A stretch of 64,000 nucleotides of DNA from Opitutia bacterium Tous-C1TDCM (GCA_002288455.1 NEUS01000005.1:6-64005), one strand, 5' to 3'; numbered from the stretch's first letter, positions 1 through 9,446 are shown. Notes: generated by a model not told the origin, from the letters alone. Numbers and translations: made by a program.

Positions 1-1
1 A

Positions 2-1780
2 TTGGTCCGCGGCCATCGCCGCGCGGTAATGCGTTTCCGCGGCGGACGTATTTCCCGCCGTCTCGGCGAGCCGGCCCAGTTGGAAATGCGCCGGCGCCAA
101 TTCCGGCTCGAGCCGCAACGCCGCCTGCCACGCCGCCTCGGCCTCGGCCGAGCGGCCCAGACCTGCGAGCGCAATGCCGCGGTTGTAATGCGCGTCCGCG
201 CCGGGCCGCAGCCGCAACGCCGCCTCGAAATGCGGCAACGCCTCGCCCTCGCGGCCCAACCGCACGAGCGCAGTACCCAAATTCAAATGCGCGTCGGCGT
301 GCGCCGGCGCGAGCCGCACCGCTGCCGCCAGGTGCGTGGCCGCCGCATCCGGCCGCCCCTGCTGCAATGCCGCCACGCCCCGGTTGTAGTGCGCCGACAC
401 GTAGTCGGGCGCGAGCGCGAGCGCCCGGGCAAATGCCGTATCGGCCATTTCGTGACGCCCGGCCTGGTGCAGCGCCCAGCCGAGGTTGTTGTGCGCGCGG
501 GGATTGTTCGGCCGCTTCGCCACGGTGTCCTGCCACATGCGCACCGGATCGAGGTAGAGTTCATTGCGGGCGTGGCTTGTCAGGCCCAAGGCAACCGCCG
601 CCGCGAGCCCGGCCGAAACGCTGACGAACGGAGCGAAGCGCCCGAGGCCCCACGCCGCCAGCACCGCCAGCGGCAACAGCGGCAAATACATCCGGTGTTC
701 CGCCATCGTCTGCGCGACGAGCGGCACGAAACTCGAACTCGGCGCGAGCAGCACAAAGAACCAAGCCCCGAGGAAACCGAGCCGAGGCCGCCGCACCAAG
801 GCCCAGACCGTGCTGCCCAACAGCGCCAGCACGAGCGGCCCCTGCCACCACACCGCGGCCGGCCCGCTCACGACGTCGCGGCCGTAATCGAGCACCAGCG
901 GATGCGGCCACACCGCCAGGCGCAGGTACATGACCAGCGCCTGCGCCTGCGTGAGCAGATAATCCCAACTCGAAATCCCGAGTCCGAAGCCGGCCGCGAC
1001 ACCGCGCGAACCGCCGCCGGCCGCGAGCAACGCGAAAGCAATTCCCGTCGTGGCCAGCAGCGCCACGCACAAGCCGCGCCGCGCGCGCCAGGCCCCGGCA
1101 AAGCTCCCGGCCAAAAATGTGCGGTCGTACAGGAACGCCAGCAGCGGTGCCGTCACGGCAATTTCCTTGCTGCCCATGCCGAGCGCAGCCGCGACCACGG
1201 TAGCGATTTGCCAACGCCGGATGGCCGACGGCGTCGGCGCCGTCGCCGCGCGGACGAAGGCATACAGCGTCGCCAAAACGAAGAGGCCGCCGAGTCCTTC
1301 CGTGCGTTGCGCGACGCAGGTGACGGTTTCGGTCTGCAGCGGATGCAGCGCCCAGAGCAACGCCGCCAGCCACGCGGTCGTCGCGGCCGCGTTGGTGTTT
1401 TCGGAAACGCCCGCGGCCCCCGGCGATTCCCGCAGAACCAAGGTGCGCCGTACCAGGCCCGCCACCAGCAGCGCGGACGCGGCGTGCAGGAGAATATTGA
1501 AGATACGGTAACCGCGCGGCGCTTCACCGCCGAGGGCGTAGTTCAAAGCCAAGGTCAGATTGACGATCGGACGGCCCGTCGTCGTGCCGCCGTCGGCCGG
1601 CGGTTGCAGCACCGCCCAGGAACCCAGGTCGCGGATCGTAGGATTCGTCAACACCGCCGCCACATCATCGAACAAGAACGGCGCCCCGAGCGAATTGCCG
1701 AAAGCCAACGCCACCGCCGCCAAGAGCGTGACGGGCTGCCACCAACGGAATCCGGCGGAGTTAAGGGAACGGGAACTCAT
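2..1780 (-). CDS. TMTC-like membrane protein with C-terminal TPR repeats (putative GT-C glycosyltransferase); 3' end runs off the window
   Basis: Translated by hand from ATG 1780 at both ends: MSSRSLNSAGFRWWQPVTLLAAVALAFGNSLGAPFLFDDVAAVLTNPTIRDL (F-x-FDD...NP-x-I motif) and TPR-like ...AETHYRAAMAADQ at the edge. Missing from the ORF track, presumably because no stop lies in the window. Confidence 0.8.
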   Translation of the reverse strand, partial: MSSRSLNSAGFRWWQPVTLLAAVALAFGNSLGAPFLFDDVAAVLTNPTIRDLGSWAVLQPPADGGTTTGRPIVNLTLALNYALGGEAPRGYRIFNILLHAASALLVAGLVRRTLVLRESPGAAGVSENTNAAATTAWLAALLWALHPLQTETVTCVAQRTEGLGGLFVLATLYAFVRAATAPTPSAIRRWQIATVVAAALGMGSKEIAVTAPLLAFLYDRTFLAGSFAGAWRARRGLCVALLATTGIAFALLAAGGGSRGVAAGFGLGISSWDYLLTQAQALVMYLRLAVWPHPLVLDYGRDVVSGPAAVWWQGPLVLALLGSTVWALVRRPRLGFLGAWFFVLLAPSSSFVPLVAQTMAEHRMYLPLLPLAVLAAWGLGRFAPFVSVSAGLAAAVALGLTSHARNELYLDPVRMWQDTVAKRPNNPRAHNNLGWALHQAGRHEMADTAFARALALAPDYVSAHYNRGVAALQQGRPDAAATHLAAAVRLAPAHADAHLNLGTALVRLGREGEALPHFEAALRLRPGADAHYNRGIALAGLGRSAEAEAAWQAALRLEPELAPAHFQLGRLAETAGNTSAAETHYRAAMAADQ

Positions 1781-1882
1781 GCAACCGTGCACCCTCGCGC
1801 ATGTCCGCTTCCGGCGCCGGCGTCGATTCGTTCCGCGGCAAAGTAACCCAATAGGTTACTTTGCGCGGAGGCACCGAGGAGG

Positions 1883-1959
1883 GCGGATTGCGGATAGCGG
1901 ATGGCCGAAAGCTGACCGCTGACTGCTTACCGCTTACCGCTTTCGGCTTTCAGCTTACC
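1883..1959. repeat. Degenerate heptamer tandem array (11 units, each GCnnnnn) with internal inverted repeat
   Basis: GCGGATT GCGGATA GCGGATG GCCGAAA GCTGACC GCTGACT GCTTACC GCTTACC GCTTTCG GCTTTCA GCTTACC; GCCGAAAGC (1904-1912) pairs with GCTTTCGGC (1939-1947). Confidence 0.8.
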
Positions 1960-1983
1960 GCTGCCGCCGGCGGCCGGCGGCAC

Positions 1984-4900
1984 TCAGAATTCCACGGTCG
2001 TCGTGAGCACGAATTGCCGCGGATCGATGATGCGGAAGGCCCAGGGCGAACCGTCGAAGTTGACGGCCGTCGGGAGCAGGCGGCCGCTCTCGAAGGCGTT
2101 GTTCACGTTGAGCTGCACCTTCACCGCGTAGCGGTCCTTCATGATCTTGCGGCCGTAGCCGATCCAGAAGTCGGTGTAGAAATTGCCTTCGTCGTACACC
2201 GGACGGGTCGGATCCGCCACGTTGATGACGGTCGGGGCGGTGATCGGATTGCCGACCTTGCCGAAGAAGCCGATGGCGGCCTTCGATTCCCAACGCTGCG
2301 AACCGCCGACGGAGAAGCCCTTCAGGCGGCCCTGGGAGAAACGGTAGTTCGTGATCATCGAGGCGCGGTATTCGCGCTGCGACGGCGCGGACACGCCCTC
2401 GAGCGCCTTGGCCAGACCGACCTGCGACTGCACGACGTTGTTGAAATAGGCCTGCGGGCTCGTGTTGCCGTCGGTGTTCTCGATCTGCGCGACGCCGGCG
2501 AAACCGTGCCCGGTCCAGAAATTGCGCAGGGAGAAGCGGCGGCCGTTGGCGTCGGCGAAATCGGGAATCTCCGGAGCCCCCAGCGTTTGCCAGACCGGCA
2601 AGCGCTCGGCGAGCCACGCATCGTACTGCGGCGCGATGTTCTTGTAGAACGTCTGCTGCTTGTCGGCGGTGAGCTTGATGGTCCAGTTGTTGGACGGGTT
2701 GTAGGTCAGCTGGATTTCCATGCCCTTGGCCCTGCTGTCCTGCGTGCCGCCGACGCTCGTGCCGGCGTAGTAGTTGAACGGCAGTTTGATCAGGTCGTAG
2801 ATGCGCTGCTGGTTGGCCTGGTCGTTGACGGGGTTGACGGTGTCGGTGTTCCAGTTCGTGACGGAGACGATCTGCTGCAGCGTGCGGCCGGACGCGATGC
2901 CGTTGCGGATACGTTGGACGGCGCTGGCCCACGGAATGCCGGTCGTCGTATCCGAATAAGCCAGACGCGTGAGCAAGGTGCCGGCGGCGGCGGTGCGTTC
3001 GTTGAGGCTCTCGGTCTCGTACCAGTTCACGCGGGCGACGAGTTTGTTTTTCACGAGATTGAAGCCGAAGCCGCCGTCCTTGCCCTTGCCGGTCGGCTTG
3101 GGCAGCGGGCGGAGGAAGTAGTCGGTCTGGAAGGTCGCCGGCGGATTGAAGTTGTCGGATTGGTTGTAGTAGAGCGTAAGGCCCTGGAGGAACTCGTTGA
3201 GGGCGGAATCGGAGCCGGCGAATTTCGAAACGAAGGCGTGGCCGCGCAGCGGGCGGACGGCGAAGCCCAGCGTCTTGGTGTCGCCGTCGAGTTCGTCCCA
3301 GCGGTTCCAGCGGTTCATGACCAGGTCGCGGTTGACGACGCCGGAGACGCCGTTGCCGAAGAGGCGGGCGTTGGGCAGCGCGGGCTCGACGACGCGGCCG
3401 GTAATGTCGGTGAGCGCGCCGGCCGTCGTGACGCGGGCGCGGTAGGCGTCGTGGCGGATGCCGAGCGTGGAGACGATGCGGTCGCCCCAGAGATAGCTCT
3501 GGGCGGCGAGATTCCAGCTGTCGACCTCGCGGCGGGTCTTGAAGCTGCCGGCCTGCGAGAACAGCGCCTGCTCGGTGACCTGCACGTTTTCGAAGCGGCC
3601 GGTGGTGTGGTTGTACACCTGCATCGAGGAGCTGACGGGGCCGTTCCAGCCCTGGTTGCCGTAGAAGCCGGCGGACTGCGTGACGACGCCCTGGGCGCCG
3701 CCGGGCTTGGCGAGGTAGTAATTGCGCTTGAGGGCGGTGCCGGACCAGAGCGCGGTGCCGGGGAGGGAGAGGTTGGGCACGTAGCGGAGGCGGCCCTGGG
3801 CGTCGCCGTCGACGAAGCCGTTGCGCCAACGTTCGACGGCGCGGTTGACCTCCTGCTTGGTCCAGAGGGCGAGCAAACGGTGGCGGCCCATCCAGCTCAG
3901 CCATTTGTTCTGCTTCGACAGGTCGAGGTCGTACGCGAGCATCGCGCGGTAATTGTCGTCCGTCTGCGGCGAGTAGAACGTATCGACGCCGCCGCCGGTG
4001 CCCTCGGTGACGAAGGGCAGGCCGAAATACGGATTGGGGCTGCCGTCGATGAGGCGGGTGTTGGCGTCGATCTGGAGCGTCGCGCCGGTGAGCTGCGACA
4101 TCGTGTAGTTCTCGATGCCGTCGATGTCCTGGCGGAGCCAGCCGGCGTTGAAGAAGAGGTTCGGCAGCAACTGTTGCTCGAGTTCGAGGTTGTAGTTGCC
4201 GGCGCGGAGGTCGCCGAAATTGGTCTGCGCGTGGTTGTACTCGGTCCAGTCGTAGATGCGCTTGTCGGTCACGCCGGCCCACTGCCAGCTGCCGTAGGTG
4301 AAGGTGCGGCCGTCGATCGTGGCGGTGGGATTCGGGAAGTTGGTCGACGTGGCGTAGTAGCGCTCGAAGATCGCGAAACGGGGATCGTTGGCGGTCCAGC
4401 CGAGGGTCGCCGGCGTCGGCGTGGCCGTGGCGGGACTCGTTTGGGCCGGGGCGAAGAGGACGGGGTTGCGTTGGAAAAACGCGACCGAGGTGCCGCCGTC
4501 GATGTAGCGGACGGGACGGGACACGTCGTCGAACTGGATGCCGCGCAGGAAGAGCGGCGACGCGGGGTTGGTCAGGCCGCCGATGCCGAGGACGGTGTTG
4601 CGGGCGGCGCTGTAGCCGGGGGAGAGGACGTTGGAAACGTAGGGTCCGACGGTGCGCCCGCCGTCGAGCAGGGTGATCGTGCGCGTGGTCGGATCGTAGG
4701 CGGGACGGCCGGCCTGGAACCACGGCGTGACCTGGTCGCGCGGCGTGAGGAAATTCGGACGGTTGGCCTTGTTCTCGAAGCCTTCGGCGAAGCCGCGGAT
4801 GACGGTCTTCGAAAACGGCTTGTAGGTGACGGCGCCGAACTGGCGGCGGGTGAGATCGCGGGACGGTTTCCGCTCGAACTGCTGGTCGTTGTAGAGGAAG

Positions 4901-5733
4901 GCGCCGTAGACGGCCAACTTGTCCTTGATCAGCGAGCGGTTGAGCGCGAGGGAACTGCGGAAGGAGCCGTTGTGGTCGGTACGGAGCTGGACGGAGCCGG
5001 TGTTCTTGTTGAGCGCGGCCTGGGCGGCGGTCTGGTTGACGATGCCGGAAGGGCTGCCGAGACCGAAGAGCAGCGAGTTGGGACCGCGCGTGATCTCGAC
5101 CGACTGCGTGTTGTACGAGTCGAACGGGACGCGGTTGTTGGTCGGGAAGTAGTTGAGCGAGGCGTCGGGCGCGGCGAGACCGCGGATGCGGTTGGATTGG
5201 GCGTTGGTGGAAGTGCCGCCGTCGTTGCCGAAGGTGTAACCGGCGACGGTGTCCTTCGCGGTGCCGCGATCCGTAATGGAAGGTGAATACGTGCCCGAAC
5301 CCTCGGTGCCGGCCTCGTACTTGAAGACGTCGTTGATATCGAGGGAGGCGGTGTCCTCCATCTGCTGCTTCGTCACGACGGTGATCGAGGCCGCGAGATC
5401 GCTGAGGTTCGTGTTGAGGCGGCTGCCGGCGAGGGTGTTCTCGGCGAAGTAGCCGGAGTCGCGGGTCGAGTTGACCGTGAAGGGCGAAAGGACGAGCGCG
5501 GTGTCGCCGGCGGCGTTGGCGGCCTTGGCGGCATCGGCCTGCATCGCGGTGCGCTCGTCGGGATCGAGGCGGCCGTTGCGGTTGAGATCGTAGCGCGCGA
5601 GGTTGCGCGCCTCCTCCGTGGCGGAGGCGCCGGCGGGAGCCTGCTGCGCCCAAGCGGGCAAAGCGGCCAGCAACGAACAAAGCGGAATCAGGGGCAGGCG
5701 GCGGGCAAGGGACGTTCGGCCGGTGGCATTCAT
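1984..5733 (-). CDS. Large TonB-dependent receptor (about 1249 aa) with N-terminal EF-hand-like loop
   Basis: Signal peptide (LLAALPAWA-QQ), VLSPFTV TonB-box-like segment, plug motifs (SITVVTKQQMED, VEITRGPNSLLFG), C-terminal PRQFVLTTTVEF ending in Phe. Start set at ATG 5733. Confidence 0.9.
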   Translation of the reverse strand: MNATGRTSLARRLPLIPLCSLLAALPAWAQQAPAGASATEEARNLARYDLNRNGRLDPDERTAMQADAAKAANAAGDTALVLSPFTVNSTRDSGYFAENTLAGSRLNTNLSDLAASITVVTKQQMEDTASLDINDVFKYEAGTEGSGTYSPSITDRGTAKDTVAGYTFGNDGGTSTNAQSNRIRGLAAPDASLNYFPTNNRVPFDSYNTQSVEITRGPNSLLFGLGSPSGIVNQTAAQAALNKNTGSVQLRTDHNGSFRSSLALNRSLIKDKLAVYGAFLYNDQQFERKPSRDLTRRQFGAVTYKPFSKTVIRGFAEGFENKANRPNFLTPRDQVTPWFQAGRPAYDPTTRTITLLDGGRTVGPYVSNVLSPGYSAARNTVLGIGGLTNPASPLFLRGIQFDDVSRPVRYIDGGTSVAFFQRNPVLFAPAQTSPATATPTPATLGWTANDPRFAIFERYYATSTNFPNPTATIDGRTFTYGSWQWAGVTDKRIYDWTEYNHAQTNFGDLRAGNYNLELEQQLLPNLFFNAGWLRQDIDGIENYTMSQLTGATLQIDANTRLIDGSPNPYFGLPFVTEGTGGGVDTFYSPQTDDNYRAMLAYDLDLSKQNKWLSWMGRHRLLALWTKQEVNRAVERWRNGFVDGDAQGRLRYVPNLSLPGTALWSGTALKRNYYLAKPGGAQGVVTQSAGFYGNQGWNGPVSSSMQVYNHTTGRFENVQVTEQALFSQAGSFKTRREVDSWNLAAQSYLWGDRIVSTLGIRHDAYRARVTTAGALTDITGRVVEPALPNARLFGNGVSGVVNRDLVMNRWNRWDELDGDTKTLGFAVRPLRGHAFVSKFAGSDSALNEFLQGLTLYYNQSDNFNPPATFQTDYFLRPLPKPTGKGKDGGFGFNLVKNKLVARVNWYETESLNERTAAAGTLLTRLAYSDTTTGIPWASAVQRIRNGIASGRTLQQIVSVTNWNTDTVNPVNDQANQQRIYDLIKLPFNYYAGTSVGGTQDSRAKGMEIQLTYNPSNNWTIKLTADKQQTFYKNIAPQYDAWLAERLPVWQTLGAPEIPDFADANGRRFSLRNFWTGHGFAGVAQIENTDGNTSPQAYFNNVVQSQVGLAKALEGVSAPSQREYRASMITNYRFSQGRLKGFSVGGSQRWESKAAIGFFGKVGNPITAPTVINVADPTRPVYDEGNFYTDFWIGYGRKIMKDRYAVKVQLNVNNAFESGRLLPTAVNFDGSPWAFRIIDPRQFVLTTTVEF

Positions 5734-5923
5734 AGGGGCGTGAGGTTGGAGGGACGGAAACGGAGATGCGCCTTCGGGGGGGAAGACTCGCGGCGACGGG
5801 GGTGACCGGGAGACGGGGGGAAAACGCAACGCGAGCGGTACGCGGTGCCCATGACGTAGCAACGGCGCCGGGCATCTGACAGTCTGGCAACCGCCGCGAC
5901 CGCGCGCCGAAATCGGCGTCGAA

Positions 5924-7585
5924 TCAGGCGACGGGATCGTCCGGCGACGGCAGCGGCGGCGCGGTCTTGAGCAACGTCCACCCGAACAGCACGAATCCGG
6001 CGGAGAGCAGGACAAACCAGTCGCCGTAGGCGACGTAGGCGCTCTCGCGGTCGATCCAGCGGATATCCTGCTGGACCTCGATGGTGCGCGTGCCGCGGAA
6101 ATAGATGCTGCCCGCGTCGTTCGTGACGACCCGGCGCACGACGCCGAACTCGTCGATCCAGCCGCTCCAGCCGCCGTTGCCGCAGCGCAGGACCGGCCGG
6201 CGGTTCTCGACCGCGCGCAGCACGGAATGCGCCGCGTGCTGGGAGGCCGCCCCGCCTTCGCCGAACCAGCCGTTGTTGGTGAGCACCGCGAGAAACGCCG
6301 CGCCGGCGCGCGTGCTGGAGCGCGCGAGCGACGGATAGATATCTTCGTAGCAAATCAGCGGGCCGACGATCGCGTTGCGGTCGCCGAGCGGCACGAGCAA
6401 CGGCGACGAGGTTTCGCCCGCCTCGAAGTCCCCGCCGATCGGGACAAACTTGCCGATCCAGCCGAGCAGCGGGCGGAACGGCACGAACTCGCCGAACGGC
6501 ACGAGCTGGCGTTTCGCATAGTAGTCCGGGGCCACGCCGCCCTCGGGGGTAACCAGAAACGCGCCGTTGAACCACTGCTCGTCGGCCGACCCGGTTTTCT
6601 CGATCGCGATCGAGCCGAGAAGCAGCGGCACGCCGGCGCGCTTCGCGAGGGTCTCGACAAACAGTTTAGCCTGTTCGTCGCCGCGAACCGCGAGCGGGGT
6701 CGTGGCCTCAGGCCACAGGATCAGATCGGGTTTGCCCATGGCCGCCGCGAGCGTCGTCTGCTGCAGAATCCCGAGGATCTCGGACCCGCGGGCGGGATCC
6801 CATTTCACGTCCTGCGCGATGTAGGGCTGGACGACGGCGATGCGCGCGAGCCGCTGGGAGAAGTTGCGCCGGTTGAACGACTCCGTGAGATGGATACAGG
6901 CGCAGGTCAGGATGAGAAAGAGCGCGAGAAAGAACTCTTGGCTGCGTTTGTTCAGCCCCGTGACGCCCTCGCGGAACAACCGGTGCGCGTAGGCGGCGAA
7001 GCCAAGATTCATCACCGCCAACACAAACGAGACGCCGTAGGCGCCGGTGAACGCCGCCACCTGCAAAATGCTGGAGCGCTCCCATTGGCTCGCCGCAAGC
7101 GGCAACCAGGGGAAACCGCCAAGCAGCCAGGTCCGCGACCACTCGACGAGCACCCACAAACCCGCGAGGCCGAGCACCACGAGCAACCGCAACGGCGTCG
7201 GCCGGCCCACGATGCGCGGCAACGCCCACCACGCCGCGAGATACCAGACCCCGACCCACACCCCGACGAAGGGCCCCAGCAGGAACAAGCCGAACCACGT
7301 GACATGGTGCAGCCAGCCGAGCAGAACCGTCCAGGCGACGGCCTGGGCGGCGAACAAGGTCCAGACGTAGAGCTTGAACCGCGGTTTCGTGTAGGCCCAG
7401 AACAGGCCGGGAACGAGCATCGCGTAGGCCAGCTCGGGCAACTGGAACGGCGGAAAGGCGAGGATCGCGAGGCCCGCCGTCAGCACAAAGACCACGGCCG
7501 CCGCCGTCGCCTCGCCGTGCCGCTGGAGGAAGGTCGGCTGCGGGGCATAGGGATCGGGGGCGGCGGGGGCGGAAGCGGCGGTCAC
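5924..7585 (-). CDS. lnt: Apolipoprotein N-acyltransferase
   Basis: Multi-TM N-terminus, GGFPW, WPE, KRQLVPFGEFVP, ICYED, TNNGWFG, RAVENRR motifs. Confidence 0.95.
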   Translation of the reverse strand: MTAASAPAAPDPYAPQPTFLQRHGEATAAAVVFVLTAGLAILAFPPFQLPELAYAMLVPGLFWAYTKPRFKLYVWTLFAAQAVAWTVLLGWLHHVTWFGLFLLGPFVGVWVGVWYLAAWWALPRIVGRPTPLRLLVVLGLAGLWVLVEWSRTWLLGGFPWLPLAASQWERSSILQVAAFTGAYGVSFVLAVMNLGFAAYAHRLFREGVTGLNKRSQEFFLALFLILTCACIHLTESFNRRNFSQRLARIAVVQPYIAQDVKWDPARGSEILGILQQTTLAAAMGKPDLILWPEATTPLAVRGDEQAKLFVETLAKRAGVPLLLGSIAIEKTGSADEQWFNGAFLVTPEGGVAPDYYAKRQLVPFGEFVPFRPLLGWIGKFVPIGGDFEAGETSSPLLVPLGDRNAIVGPLICYEDIYPSLARSSTRAGAAFLAVLTNNGWFGEGGAASQHAAHSVLRAVENRRPVLRCGNGGWSGWIDEFGVVRRVVTNDAGSIYFRGTRTIEVQQDIRWIDRESAYVAYGDWFVLLSAGFVLFGWTLLKTAPPLPSPDDPVA

Positions 7586-7594
7586 GCAACCCGG

Positions 7595-7624
7595 ACGCTA
7601 CGGGCGCTGCGGCGCGCGCTGCAA
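7595..7624 (-). promoter_or_regulatory. Putative sigma70 promoter of lnt (very short leader)
   Basis: TTGCAG-N18-TAGCGT, 9 nt upstream of the GTG start. Confidence 0.45.
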
Positions 7625-7693
7625 GCGCCGCGCGGGGCGGCCGGCGGTACTTCGCCATCGACGCCCCGCCGCGGCGCTCCCACGGTTGCGCGC

Positions 7694-8119
7694 ATGAGCG
7701 ACCTCCCCGATTGTCTCTACTGCCGCCGCGACCAACGCCTTCAGGATCTGATGATCGAGATCGCGCCGCTGGCCGTTTCGACGCTGTACCTGTTCAAAGA
7801 GCAGACCCACCGCGGCCGCTGCGTGGTCGCCTACCAGGCGCACGTGAACGAACTCTTCGAACTCGATGCCGTGGAAGTCGGCCGGTTCATGAACGACGTG
7901 GCCCGCGCCGCGAAAGCGATCAAGACGGCCTTCGCGCCGAACAAGATCAACTACGGCGCGTACTCGGACAAACTCCCGCACCTGCATTTCCATCTGGTCC
8001 CGAAATACGAAGGCGGCCCGGCCTGGGGCGCGCCCTTCGAGATGATGCCGGCAAACAAAACCCTGCTCGATGCCGGCGGCTACGCGGCGACGGTGGCGGC
8101 GATCAAGGCCGCGCTCTGA
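7694..8119 (+). CDS. HIT family hydrolase
   Basis: MSDLPDCLYC...PHLHFHLVP histidine triad. Confidence 0.9.
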   Translation: MSDLPDCLYCRRDQRLQDLMIEIAPLAVSTLYLFKEQTHRGRCVVAYQAHVNELFELDAVEVGRFMNDVARAAKAIKTAFAPNKINYGAYSDKLPHLHFHLVPKYEGGPAWGAPFEMMPANKTLLDAGGYAATVAAIKAAL

Positions 8120-8132
8120 GCGGGGATGAGGT

Positions 8133-8410
8133 AGTTCAGAGTCGAGAGCCGAGAGTTGGGAGCGCGATCCGTCGGGGTTCGGAAAACGAAGCCGCGGCCG
8201 GCCGGGTCAAAAGCCGTAGGGTTTTGATCTCCCCGCCCAACCAAGCGCGCCCGACCGCACGGGTTCGGCTCAGCCGAACTCATGCAGTTGAGAGAACTTG
8301 GCTGAGAGTTGAGAGCAAAGCCGTTCGGTTCGTCAGGCTGCTGGCTTCGGCTGCGTTTCCCGCGGCTCGGCTGATCGATCTCCCAACCCTCATCTTTCAA
8401 CTCTCAACTG
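8133..8410. repeat. Intergenic element bounded by inverted heptamer arrays (AGTTGAG-type)
   Basis: AGTTCAG AGTCGAG AGCCGAG AGTTGGG (8133-8160); AGTTGAG AGAACTT GGCTGAG AGTTGAG (8286-8313); inverse CTCCCAA CCCTCAT CTTTCAA CTCTCAA (8380-8407). Confidence 0.65.
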
Positions 8411-8422
8411 AATGATCCCGGC

Positions 8423-8650
8423 TCAGAACTTCAACCGGCCGTTGCTGTATCCGCATTTCGGGCACGGCCGGGTTTCCGGACCGGTCGGCGCGGAGTAGAG
8501 GGCATCGCAGCGGATGCAGTGGAACGTGATCTTGCGGCGCTCGAGCTCGAAGCGGCGATGGTCGCGCCGGTCGTAGAACAGCCAAAGCGCGAGGAAGAAC
8601 GCGGCCACGAGGACGCAGAATACAACGGCTCCGGCGGTAAGTTCGAACAT
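8423..8650 (-). CDS. Small membrane-anchored zinc-ribbon protein (75 aa)
   Basis: N-terminal TM helix followed by CIRC...CPKCG; ATG at 8650. Confidence 0.7.
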   Translation of the reverse strand: MFELTAGAVVFCVLVAAFFLALWLFYDRRDHRRFELERRKITFHCIRCDALYSAPTGPETRPCPKCGYSNGRLKF

Positions 8651-8719
8651 GCGGGCACCCGAATGGGGACCGGCGCAACGCCGCCGGCAAACCAAAATCC
8701 CGGCCCGCCGGGACCGGGC

Positions 8720-8753
8720 AAAAAAAAAAGACGCGCCGGAAACCGGCGCGTCT
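8720..8753 (-). terminator. Rho-independent terminator of the alpha operon (after rplQ)
   Basis: 11-bp stem AGACGCGCCGG/CCGGCGCGTCT followed by a long T run on the minus strand. Confidence 0.9.
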
Positions 8754-8777
8754 CGGGAATCGGGGATCGCGGAGAGC

Positions 8778-9290
8778 TCAGCTCTTCGCTTCGCCTTCGG
8801 CCTTGGGGGCTTCGGCGGCGGGAGCGGCTTCCGGGGCGGCCTCGGACTTGGCGGCGGCTTTCTTGCCCTTGGACTTCTTGCCCTTGGACTTCTTGTAGCC
8901 CGGGTCGTCGGCCTTCACGAATTCGATGAGCGCGAGCTCGGCCGCATCGCTCTGGCGCTGGGCGCCGAGCTTGTAGATGCGGGTGTAACCGCCGTTGCGG
9001 TTGGCGAATTCCTTGTAGGTCTCGTTGAAGAGCTTCGTGACGGCGTCCTCGTTGCGGAGGTCGGCGTGCGCGAGGCGGCGAAGGTGGATGGCATCCTTCT
9101 TCTCGGCCTTGGCCGCGGCCTTCTTGGCCTTGGTGACGAGCTTCTCGACGAACGGACGCAGGGCCTTGGCCTTGGTCAGCGTGGTCTGGATGCGGCCGTG
9201 CTCGATGAGCGAGGCCGCGAGATTGGAGAGCATCGCCTCGCGGTGTTCGCGGGTGACGCCGAGGGAGGCGTGGTGTTTGTTGTGACGCAT
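8778..9290 (-). CDS. rplQ: 50S ribosomal protein L17 with Lys/Ala-rich tail
   Basis: MRH...HREAMLSNLAASLIEHGRIQTTLTKAKALR, RNGGYTRI. Confidence 0.97.
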   Translation of the reverse strand: MRHNKHHASLGVTREHREAMLSNLAASLIEHGRIQTTLTKAKALRPFVEKLVTKAKKAAAKAEKKDAIHLRRLAHADLRNEDAVTKLFNETYKEFANRNGGYTRIYKLGAQRQSDAAELALIEFVKADDPGYKKSKGKKSKGKKAAAKSEAAPEAAPAAEAPKAEGEAKS

Positions 9291-9379
9291 GGCGGTTTGG
9301 TTTCAGGCGGTCCCCGATCGGCAATCCGGTCGCAGCGTTGGGCGGCAGCGGACGGCGCGAGGACCGAAATGGTAAGATC

Positions 9380-9446
9380 GGAAAGCGGAAACCGGAGACC
9401 GGAGGGCTGTGCGCCGTATCCGGTTTCCGGTTTCCCGTTTCCGGGT
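9380..9446. repeat. Heptamer-periodic hairpin between rpoA and rplQ
   Basis: GGAAAGC GGAAACC GGAGACC GGAGGGC ... TCCGGTT TCCGGTT TCCCGTT TCCGGGT. Confidence 0.7.

Noticed and set aside
2-1846. 614-aa plus-strand ORF
   Set aside because: Antisense to the TMTC/TPR gene, which the track missed because it runs off the window.
1883-1959. Heptamer arrays as CRISPR
   Set aside because: 7-nt units with no spacers and no cas genes.
1861-5286. Very long antisense or alternative-frame ORFs (for example 1861-5286 +, 28840-31410 +, 38892-41870 +, 55601-58498 -, 59785-62703 -)
   Set aside because: They are shadows of real genes caused by high GC3 bias and show no recognisable motifs.
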